Shown: piece after piece, positions 45,650 to 53,292 of the stretch
How positions within the stretch are numbered: position 1 is the stretch's first letter
How the letters are laid out: each line of letters begins with the position of its first letter
From: Chloroflexota bacterium
Lineage (GTDB): Bacteria > Chloroflexota > Dehalococcoidia > SM23-28-2 > RBG-16-64-32
Length of the DNA stretch: 53,292 nucleotides
Direction of reading: 5' to 3'
Assembly (NCBI GenBank): GCA_005882715.1
Contig: VBEI01000002.1
Coordinates: 1 to 53,292 of the forward strand
Notes under the pieces: model-generated
Told to the model about the DNA's origin: nothing
The model's input: only the letters and a program-made list of their open reading frames with translations
Databases searched by the model: none
Translations under genes and position numbers: made by a program

Positions 45650-47083
45650 GTGGCACAGCTCGCGGTAGTCGGCGCCGGCTACGTCGGTCTAGTCACCGCC
45701 GCCTGTCTCGCCAAGTTAGGTCATCGGGTGATCTGCGTCGAGGTAGATGAGAGCAGGCTCAATGGACTTGCGGCCGGTGAGCCGCCGATCAGCGAGCCCG
45801 GCCTGGCTGAGCTCGTCCGGGAACAACTGCGGCACGGGAGCCTCCGGTTCACGGGCGACTATGCGGGCGTAGCCGAGAGCGAATTCATCTTTATCGCTGT
45901 CCCCACTCCATCACGAGAGGATGGTTCGGCGGACACTAGCCACGTCCTCCATGCCGTCAACTCACTTATCCCTCATGTCCGGCCGGCGACGGTAATCGTC
46001 GTCAAAAGCACCGTGCCCGTTGGCACAACCGACAGGCTCGCCGCGATGCCGCCACTGTTGGAGGCGCGGATTGAGGTCGTATCGAACCCCGAGTTCCTGA
46101 GGCAAGGAACTGCGGTCCATGATTTCCTGCAGCCAGACCGTGTCGTCATCGGTGCCTCGTCGCCAGATGCGGCCGCGCGTGTGGCGCGCCTCTACTCGTC
46201 AATCGAGGCACCGATTGTTGCCGTGGATACACGCTCAGCGGAACTCGCCAAGTACACGGCAAATGCCCTGCTCGCCGCTCGAGTTTCGTTCATGAACGAG
46301 ATCTCACACATCGCCGCGGCGGTAGACGCTAATGTGGACGACGTCGCGCGGATAGTCGGCATGGACAGGCGCATCGGCCCCGCCTTTCTTAGGGCGGGCC
46401 TGGGCTGGGGTGGATCATGCTTTCCAAAGGACGTGCTCGCCCTGGCTGCGGTCGCTAATAGCAATGGCTGCCGAACTCCGATCTTGCAGGCCGTGTACGA
46501 GACTAACGAGCTACAGCGCGAGCACGCGGCCAAGCTTCTGCTTGATGCTGTGCGCACCATCCCGGGTCCGATCGTGGCGATATTAGGGCTCGCCTTCAAA
46601 CCAAATACCGATGATGTGCGAGGCTCGCCGGCGCTTGGCATTGCCCAGCATCTGCTGGCAGAAGGCGTCATCGTGCGCGCACACGACCCTTTCGCCCTTG
46701 TGAACGCCAGCCGTGTGCTTCCCGATGTGGAGTACAGCGAGGACGCCTATTCGGCGCTTGACGGGGCTGATGCCATCCTCCTCGCCACTGAGTGGGAGGA
46801 ATATTACGACCTGGACTGGATTCTTGTTAGAGAATCGATGCGCGGGAAGACAGTTGTCGATGGGAGGAACGCGCTGAACGGGGTACTCCTTACTGATCTT
46901 GGGTTCCGCTACTGGTCATTCGGACGGGCAACGCAGTCCAACGGAAACGGTACGGGGCCGCATGAGGGCCCCATGGACTCATCGCCCTTAGGTGGGGCAA
47001 CACATACCAACGGGAACGGTGCGGTGCCGCGCGAGGACGGCTTCGCTTCAGCTCTCGATTTTCGGGGAGCGGTTGCGGAATGA
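45650..47083 (+). CDS. ugd: UDP-glucose 6-dehydrogenase with a repeat-containing C-terminal tail
   Basis: GTG at 45650 gives VAQLAVVGAGYVGLVTAACLA (Rossmann). GGSCFPKD is the catalytic Cys motif. LGLAFKPNTDDVR is also present. Confidence 0.88.
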   Translation: MAQLAVVGAGYVGLVTAACLAKLGHRVICVEVDESRLNGLAAGEPPISEPGLAELVREQLRHGSLRFTGDYAGVAESEFIFIAVPTPSREDGSADTSHVLHAVNSLIPHVRPATVIVVKSTVPVGTTDRLAAMPPLLEARIEVVSNPEFLRQGTAVHDFLQPDRVVIGASSPDAAARVARLYSSIEAPIVAVDTRSAELAKYTANALLAARVSFMNEISHIAAAVDANVDDVARIVGMDRRIGPAFLRAGLGWGGSCFPKDVLALAAVANSNGCRTPILQAVYETNELQREHAAKLLLDAVRTIPGPIVAILGLAFKPNTDDVRGSPALGIAQHLLAEGVIVRAHDPFALVNASRVLPDVEYSEDAYSALDGADAILLATEWEEYYDLDWILVRESMRGKTVVDGRNALNGVLLTDLGFRYWSFGRATQSNGNGTGPHEGPMDSSPLGGATHTNGNGAVPREDGFASALDFRGAVAE

Positions 47084-49581
47084 CCATCAAGGCAGCGCTC
47101 CGGCGAGACCGCAGTACCGGACGGGCGACGAGGGTGAAGGCCCAAGGCAAGTTCCTGTTCGCAAACGGTAAGAAGCTGTACCTCCGCGGTGTCACTTATG
47201 GGACGTTTCGCCCCCAACCTGACGGCACGATGTTCCCACCGCCGGAAGTTGTTGAAGCAGATTTCCGGGGCATGATCGAGGCACGCGTCAACTCTATCCG
47301 CACGTATACCGTTCCTCCAGCCTGGCTGCTGGATCTAGCGGTATCGTTCGGACTATATGTTCTCGTTGGCATTCCATGGGAGCAGCACGTCCGGTTTTTG
47401 GACGACCGCAAGACGCGAAAGGGGATCGAGCGCACCATCCGGGATGCCGTGGATAGCTGCGGCGCCCATCCCGCCGTTCTTGCCTACCTCGTCGGCAACG
47501 AGATTCCAGCACCGATCGTACGCTGGCATGGCCGGCGCCGGATCGAAGCATGGCTAAGGCGTCTATACCAGGTCGCCAAGCGTGAGGACCCCGGTGCGTT
47601 GGTGGCATACGTGAACTATCCGACCACGGAATACCTCGATCTGTCCTTCACGGACTTCGTGTGCTTCAACGTTTATCTGGAGACGCCAGAACGACTCCAG
47701 GCATATCTTGCTCGCCTCCAGAACCTGGCCGGCGAGAAGCCGCTCGTAATGACGGAAATCGGGCTTGACAGCCGGCGGAACGGGCTCGAGCGGCAGGCGG
47801 AGGTGCTTGAGTGGCAGATCCGCGAGGTCTTTGCGGAAGGCTGTGCGGGTGTGTTCGTCTTCGCCTGGACCGACGAGTGGCACCGGGGCGGTTACGACAT
47901 CGAGGACTGGGACTTCGGGCTGATGAATCGAGACCGTAACGCGAAACCGGCCCTCGCCGCCGTTGCTGGCGCCTTTGCGGAGGTGCCGTTCCCGGCTATG
48001 CGTCTCTGGCCACGCGTGTCAGTCGTCGTCTGTAGCTACAACGGTGCGCGGACTATCGGCGATACGTTCGAGGCCCTGCAACATGTCGAATATCCGAACT
48101 TTGAGGTGATCCTTGTCGACGACGGTTCGAAGGACGCGACCGCCGCGATCGGCCTAGAGTTCGGCGTCAGAGTGATCAGCACGGAGAACCGCGGTCTGAG
48201 CAACGCCCGCAATACCGGTTACGAGGCGGCGACCGGCGAAATCGTCGCGTACGTCGACGACGACGCCTACCCGGAGGTCCATTGGCTCCATTACCTCGCC
48301 CATCGTTTCATGCAGCGCGATTGGGCTGGGGTGGGAGGGCCGAACCTACCCCCAGCGGGCGACGGGATGATCGCGGAGTGCGTCGCGAACTCACCGGGCG
48401 GCCCGGTGCACGTCCTAGTGTCTGACATCGAGGCAGAACACATTCCCGGCTGCAATATGGCCTTTCGCAAAGCTGCGCTCGAGGGCACCGGCGGATTTGA
48501 TCCGCGTTTTCGGACCGCGGGCGACGATGTGGATATCTGTTGGCGGCTGTTGAATTCGGGAGCCCACATCGGATTTCACGCCGGTGCGATGGTCTGGCAC
48601 CACCGCCGCAACTCTGTGCGCACGTACTGGAAACAGCAGCGCGGTTACGGCCGGGCGGAAGCACTGCTCGAGCGAAAGTGGCCCGAGAGATACAACGCAC
48701 CGGGACACCTCTCGTGGGCCGGACGCCTGTACGGCCGGGGACTGACGACGGCGCTTACGCGGGCGCCGGGACGCATCTATCAGGGGCACGCGGGTAGCGC
48801 CCTCTTTCAGTCGGTTTACCAGCCGGCGCCTGGGACGCTCGCGTCGCTTCCACAAATGCCGGAATGGTACATGGCGGTCCTCGGGCTGGCAGCCATAACC
48901 GCGCTCGGAGCGATCTGGCTGCCGCTGTTGGCCGCGGGCCCGCTTCTTCTGATCGCATTAGGGGCGCCATTAGGGCAAGCGTCGTTGGACGCGGCCCGAG
49001 CCACGTTCTCCGAGCGGCGAGGAGTTCGCGCGTGGCCGCGGCACCTCCTCACCGGGCTACTCCGCGTGATGCAGCCGATCGCCCGCCTATCCGGACGCAT
49101 CGAGTATGGCTTGACGCCATGGAGACGCAGGGGTCGCGGCCTGGCGTTACCGTTCGCCATCACCGAGAGCGCCTGGCGCGAGGAGTGGCAGTCGATTGAA
49201 GCGCGGACGCAAACGCTAGCCAGCGCTTTGAAGCAACAAGAAGCCGCGTGGCGACCGGGTGGCGACTTCGATGCCTGGGACTTCGAGGTGCGCGGCGGGA
49301 TGCTGTCGTCGGCGCGACTGCTATCGAGTGTCGAAGAACATGGGGGCGGCCGCCAATTAGTGCTGTTCCGAGCCTGGCCCGAGATTTCGAACTTTGCGCT
49401 CGGCCTTATCGGCGCGACTAGCGGGCTTGCGCTCGCGGCAGGCTTCGACGGTGCCTGGGCTGCGGCGGCCGTGCTCGCGCTGATCGCCGGTGCGATAACT
49501 CTGCGCAGCATCTGGGAAGCGGCGCTAGCGATGGGTGCGGTCAAAGTCACCATCGCGGAGTACCAGGAAGCCGCGCAATGA
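47080..49581 (+). CDS. Fusion protein: clan GH-A-like TIM-barrel glycosidase domain, family-2 glycosyltransferase, and C-terminal membrane helices
   Basis: N-terminus YLRGVTYG..LVGNEIP..VMTEIG. GT2 is VSVVVCSYNG..ILVDDGS..VDDDAYP..GCNMAFRK. C-terminal hydrophobic segments. ATGA overlap with ugd. Confidence 0.8.
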   Translation: MTIKAALRRDRSTGRATRVKAQGKFLFANGKKLYLRGVTYGTFRPQPDGTMFPPPEVVEADFRGMIEARVNSIRTYTVPPAWLLDLAVSFGLYVLVGIPWEQHVRFLDDRKTRKGIERTIRDAVDSCGAHPAVLAYLVGNEIPAPIVRWHGRRRIEAWLRRLYQVAKREDPGALVAYVNYPTTEYLDLSFTDFVCFNVYLETPERLQAYLARLQNLAGEKPLVMTEIGLDSRRNGLERQAEVLEWQIREVFAEGCAGVFVFAWTDEWHRGGYDIEDWDFGLMNRDRNAKPALAAVAGAFAEVPFPAMRLWPRVSVVVCSYNGARTIGDTFEALQHVEYPNFEVILVDDGSKDATAAIGLEFGVRVISTENRGLSNARNTGYEAATGEIVAYVDDDAYPEVHWLHYLAHRFMQRDWAGVGGPNLPPAGDGMIAECVANSPGGPVHVLVSDIEAEHIPGCNMAFRKAALEGTGGFDPRFRTAGDDVDICWRLLNSGAHIGFHAGAMVWHHRRNSVRTYWKQQRGYGRAEALLERKWPERYNAPGHLSWAGRLYGRGLTTALTRAPGRIYQGHAGSALFQSVYQPAPGTLASLPQMPEWYMAVLGLAAITALGAIWLPLLAAGPLLLIALGAPLGQASLDAARATFSERRGVRAWPRHLLTGLLRVMQPIARLSGRIEYGLTPWRRRGRGLALPFAITESAWREEWQSIEARTQTLASALKQQEAAWRPGGDFDAWDFEVRGGMLSSARLLSSVEEHGGGRQLVLFRAWPEISNFALGLIGATSGLALAAGFDGAWAAAAVLALIAGAITLRSIWEAALAMGAVKVTIAEYQEAAQ

Positions 49582-52337
49582 GACTCATCCCGCGCGGCGG
49601 CGACATTGGACTGATGTTCCGCGTAATGCTGCTCGCGCGCTCATACTGGGCGCTCATTCTGCTCTTTTTCATCGTTAGCATGCTCGCGACGCCGCTGACG
49701 CTGCTCGCACCGATCCCGCTGAAGATTGTGGCCGACGTTCTCGTACAGAAGCAGGCCCTCCCCGGCTTTCTCTCGCCCCTCGTTCCGGACGCGATCAACT
49801 CGTCCGAGACGCGGCTTATTGCGTTCGCCGCGGTATTGTTCGTGCTCGTGGCGTTCCTGCGTCAGACGCAGGACCTTGCTCGCACACTTCTAGACACATA
49901 CATAGGTGAGCGCCTCACTCTGAGGTTTCGCTCCCAACTCTTTTCTCAGGTCCAGCGTATGTCGCTGGCCTATCACGACAGCCAGGGAACGGCCGACTCG
50001 GTATACCGGATCCAGTGGGACGCCATGGCCATCCAGGACCTGGCCATCGACGGTATGATTCCCTTTCTGTCCGCGTCATTCACGCTTGTGTCGATGATCT
50101 ACGTGGTTCTGGCGATCGACTGGCAGCTCGGCGTCGCCGCCCTCGCCGCCGGCCCGGTGCTCCTCGTCCTGACCAGGGTGTACCAAACCAGGCTCCGTCA
50201 GCGCGCTCGGACTGTGAAGCGCCTGGAAAGCTCGGCGATGGGTGTGATCCAGGAAGTCCTTGGGGCGCTCCGCGTGGTCAAGGCCTTCGGGCAGGAGGGA
50301 CGCGAGGAGGAGCGCTTCTACGGGCGCGCAGAGGACGGAGTCCAGGCACGGGTCGGCCTTTCGGCGATGGAGGGCTTCTTCGGTCTCTTGATCGGCTTAA
50401 CAACCGCCGCCGTTACCGCGGTCGTGCTCTACATCGGGGCCCTGCACGTGCAGTCGGGGAAGCTGACGCTCGGCGAGCTGCTGCTCGTGATGGGCTATCT
50501 CACCCAGCTATACGATCCGCTAAGAAGTGCGAGCAAACGAATCGGCAAGATGCAGTCTTCGCTTGCGAGCGCCGAGCGCGCGTTTCAATTACTCGACCAA
50601 GCGCCAGATGTGGAAGAGCGAGTGGACGCGCAGCCGCTCGAGCGAGCTAATGGAGATATCAGGTTTGAAGAAGTTTCGTTCGGCTACGACACAAGCGCAC
50701 CCGTCCTCAGTGAGGTCTCGTTGGAGCTACGGCCAGGAGAGCGGATCGGCGTCTACGGCGTGACCGGCGCCGGGAAGACTACGCTGATCAGCCTACTCAC
50801 CCGTCTTTATGATCCCAATGAAGGCGGAATCCTGCTCGACGGCGTCGATATCCGAGACTACAGGGTTGCTGACTTGCGGAAGCAATTCGCTGTCGTCCTG
50901 CAGGAGCCGGTCCTGTTCTCGACGACGATTGCTGAGAACATCGCCTACGCCTGCCCTGGCGCAACATTCGAAGAGTTGGTGACCGCCGCCAAGGCGGCCG
51001 ACGCTCACGACTTCATTACGGCGCTCCCAGACGGCTACGACACCGTCGTTGGCGAGCGCGGAATGCGGCTCTCCGGGGGCGAACGCCAGCGTGTGGCTCT
51101 GGCCCGCGCCTTTCTGAAGGACGCCCCAATCCTCGTTCTGGACGAACCGACAAGCTCGGTTGACCACCAGACGGAGGCGACGATTATAGCCGCGATGGAG
51201 CGGTTGATGGCGGGCAGAACGACGATCATGATTGCCCACCGCTTAACCACACTAGGCAACTGTGACCGCTGGCTGGAGCTGCTCCCGGGCGGCAAAACAA
51301 GAGCAACTTGCAAACCTCCGTCCGGGGTGCGACGGCACGCCGCGCGACGTTCGGCCGCACGCGAGGCCCGTCACCCCGCAGCACGAGCCTGGGCTCAGAT
51401 CGGCGAGGGCCTATCGAATCCGCGGGCAGTGACTCAGGTCGAACCACCCGAGGTTGGCTTCCCCAAATCCACAATCTATCGGCTGGAGGGAGCCGGGGAG
51501 TGCGGCGCCACCGTCATTGCGAAGAAATGCAGGCGGCAACGCGGGCAGATAGAACGAACGATCTACGAGCTCGTCCTTCCCAAACTGTCACTGCCTTACC
51601 CGCGCTTTCTTGGCATGGCCAACGACGACGACGGGTCATGCTGGCTGTTCCTGGAGGATGCTGGTGACGAGGCGTATTCGCCACTTGACCCTAAGCACCG
51701 GGTCGTCGCTGGCCACTGGCTCGGCGCCTTGCATTCGTCGACCACATCGCTGCCATCTGATGTACCGCTACCCGATCGTGGTCCAGCGTACTATTTGGGA
51801 CATCTAACGGCGGCAAGGGACTTGATCCGCGCGAACCTAGATAATCCGGCACTGGGCAAGGATCAGCGCTGCCAACTCCAGAGGATCATTATGAATTGCG
51901 ATTTCATTGAGTCCGAGTGGTGGCGCCTCGAGCAATTCTGCCAGCCCATACCAACGACTCTGGTGCACGGCGACTTCATCGGAAAGAATGTGCGCATGAG
52001 AAGTGGGGCGACGAGCTTCGAAATTCTGCCGTTCGACTGGGAGCATGCGGGCATTGGCGTCCCAGCGGTCGATTTAGCGCAGGCGAGATACTCGTCAACG
52101 ACCTTTCTTGCGAATCCTGACCTCTCTGAGTATTGGATGACCACCGAATGGACCAAGCTCGGATATGAGACGGTTCTGCAGCTGGCCACGTACGGGACGA
52201 TATTCCGCTGCCTCGCTGCCCTTCACTGGGAGTCACATAAGCTCGCTTCTGAATGGGTCGAGTGGCCCGTGAAGAACATGACCCTGTATGAGGCTGAGTT
52301 GGCAGAAGCGGTGTACGCCTCCGGCTGGAGTAATTGA
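49578..52337 (+). CDS. ABC exporter half-transporter (TMD-NBD) fused to a C-terminal APH/choline-kinase-like phosphotransferase domain
   Basis: GVTGAGKTT, LSGGERQRVALARA, ILVLDEPTS, IAHRL; then, from about aa 600, VIAKKCRR..ERTIYELVLP, LVHGDFIGKNV, FDWEHAG. A single 919-aa ORF. ATGA overlap upstream and TGATG overlap downstream. Confidence 0.8.
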   Translation: MRLIPRGGDIGLMFRVMLLARSYWALILLFFIVSMLATPLTLLAPIPLKIVADVLVQKQALPGFLSPLVPDAINSSETRLIAFAAVLFVLVAFLRQTQDLARTLLDTYIGERLTLRFRSQLFSQVQRMSLAYHDSQGTADSVYRIQWDAMAIQDLAIDGMIPFLSASFTLVSMIYVVLAIDWQLGVAALAAGPVLLVLTRVYQTRLRQRARTVKRLESSAMGVIQEVLGALRVVKAFGQEGREEERFYGRAEDGVQARVGLSAMEGFFGLLIGLTTAAVTAVVLYIGALHVQSGKLTLGELLLVMGYLTQLYDPLRSASKRIGKMQSSLASAERAFQLLDQAPDVEERVDAQPLERANGDIRFEEVSFGYDTSAPVLSEVSLELRPGERIGVYGVTGAGKTTLISLLTRLYDPNEGGILLDGVDIRDYRVADLRKQFAVVLQEPVLFSTTIAENIAYACPGATFEELVTAAKAADAHDFITALPDGYDTVVGERGMRLSGGERQRVALARAFLKDAPILVLDEPTSSVDHQTEATIIAAMERLMAGRTTIMIAHRLTTLGNCDRWLELLPGGKTRATCKPPSGVRRHAARRSAAREARHPAARAWAQIGEGLSNPRAVTQVEPPEVGFPKSTIYRLEGAGECGATVIAKKCRRQRGQIERTIYELVLPKLSLPYPRFLGMANDDDGSCWLFLEDAGDEAYSPLDPKHRVVAGHWLGALHSSTTSLPSDVPLPDRGPAYYLGHLTAARDLIRANLDNPALGKDQRCQLQRIIMNCDFIESEWWRLEQFCQPIPTTLVHGDFIGKNVRMRSGATSFEILPFDWEHAGIGVPAVDLAQARYSSTTFLANPDLSEYWMTTEWTKLGYETVLQLATYGTIFRCLAALHWESHKLASEWVEWPVKNMTLYEAELAEAVYASGWSN

Positions 52338-53292
52338 TGGCGGACCTCGTTGCCGGTGGTGCGGGCTTCGTCGGTTCGCACCTGTGCCAACGGCTGATCG
52401 ATGCCGGACGCACTGTGATCTGCGTCGACAACTTCCGCACCGGGCGCCGCGCCAACGTGGAGCATCTGCTCTCCTCGCCCCGCTTCGCCCTCCTCGAGCT
52501 GGACCTTATAGCAGGCGCACCCGCGGTCGAGGCCGAGCGGATTTACCATCTCGCCAGTCCCGCCAGCCCTCCCGGCTACACCCGCTTCCCAATAGAGACG
52601 CTGCGGGTAAACAGCGATGGTACCCGACACCTACTTGAACTCGCCGCACGCACAGACTCTCGCATTCTGTATGCCAGCACCTCTGAGGTCTACGGCGACC
52701 CACTGGAGCATCCCCAGCGCGAGGAGTACCGAGGAAATGTGAGCTCCACCGGCCCGCGCTCGATGTACGACGAGGCGAAGCGTTTCGGAGAGGCGCTGAC
52801 CATGGCCTATCGCAGGAGCCACTCGGTCGATGTGCGGATCGCCCGAATCTTCAATACCTATGGCCCGCACTCCGATGCGGACGATGGGCGCCTGGTCCCG
52901 AACTTTATCGTCCAGGCGCTGACCGGCCGGCCGATCACGGTCTACGGCGACGGCAAACAGACACGCTCGCTCTGTTTCGTCTCCGATCTGGTCGACGGGC
53001 TGATGCGGTTGATGGAAAGCGACGGAGCTTCCGGCGAGGTCATCAACCTGGGAAACCCGGATGAACACACTGTCCTCGAGTACGCCGAAATGACACGGCG
53101 GTTGGCGTGCTCGAACTCGGAAATAGTGTTCGGCGCCTACGCCGTCGGTGATGATCCGCAGCGGCGCTGTCCCGACATCACGAAGGCGCTCGAGCTGCTG
53201 GGCTGGGAGCCGACTATCGGTCTTGAGGAGGGTCTCTCGCAGACCATCGAGTACTTTCGGTCCGAAACCGCATTGCAAGAGTGCACAGCATG
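52337..53292 (+). CDS. uxs: UDP-glucuronate decarboxylase (UDP-xylose synthase), 3' end outside the window; not in the ORF track
   Basis: Hand translation gives MADLVAGGAGFVGSHLCQRL..ICVDNFRTG..YHLASPASP..STSEVYGDP..YDEAKR..ARIFNTYGP, open to the window end. Confidence 0.88.
   Translation, partial: MADLVAGGAGFVGSHLCQRLIDAGRTVICVDNFRTGRRANVEHLLSSPRFALLELDLIAGAPAVEAERIYHLASPASPPGYTRFPIETLRVNSDGTRHLLELAARTDSRILYASTSEVYGDPLEHPQREEYRGNVSSTGPRSMYDEAKRFGEALTMAYRRSHSVDVRIARIFNTYGPHSDADDGRLVPNFIVQALTGRPITVYGDGKQTRSLCFVSDLVDGLMRLMESDGASGEVINLGNPDEHTVLEYAEMTRRLACSNSEIVFGAYAVGDDPQRRCPDITKALELLGWEPTIGLEEGLSQTIEYFRSETALQECTA

Noticed and set aside
51290-51450. Possibility that the ABC-kinase fusion is two genes joined by a frameshift.
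   Set aside because: Not fully rejected. The two alternative frames across the junction give neither a normal NBD C-terminus nor a start plus RBS for a separate kinase, so the fusion is kept but flagged for read-level verification.
1-53292. rRNA, tRNA, CRISPR arrays and recognisable defence systems.
   Set aside because: None was seen on either strand by eye. This is a visual negative only; tRNAscan, Infernal and defence-system HMM tools should confirm it.

Overview
High-GC bacterial chromosomal window. No rRNA, tRNA, CRISPR array, transposase or integrase was recognised by eye. The centre (20.4-35.8 kb and 41.8-43.4 kb, minus strand) is the conserved ribosomal-protein cluster. Its order is rplC-rplD // rplW-rplB-rpsS-rplV-rpsC-rplP-rpmC-rpsQ-rplN-rplX-rplE-rpsN-rpsH-rplF-rplR-rpsE-rpmD-rplO-secY-adk-map-infA-rpmJ-rpsM-rpsK-rpsD-rpoA-rplQ-truA. 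The cluster is unusual in three ways. About 6 kb of unrelated genes sits between rplD and rplW. A 41-nt promoter-sized module is present in two copies, upstream of rplC and of rplW. Several ribosomal proteins and RpoA carry long low-complexity tails. The left arm holds sugar and glycan metabolism genes (PIG-L deacetylase, nagA, GH38 mannosidase, PGM/PMM, PGI/PMI), a two-component system, and a tight four-gene c-di-GMP operon. That operon is GGDEF, a degenerate HD-GYP, an unknown tandem-module protein, and a receiverless OmpR-type wHTH. The right arm holds an ECF sigma/anti-sigma pair and a translationally coupled glycan operon: ugd, a GH-like/GT2/membrane fusion, an ABC exporter fused to an APH-type kinase-like domain, and uxs. 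At least two genes show apparent frameshifts, so indel errors in the assembly cannot be excluded. This matters for any claim that depends on a gene fusion. All family calls rest on motif recognition by eye; no database search was run.
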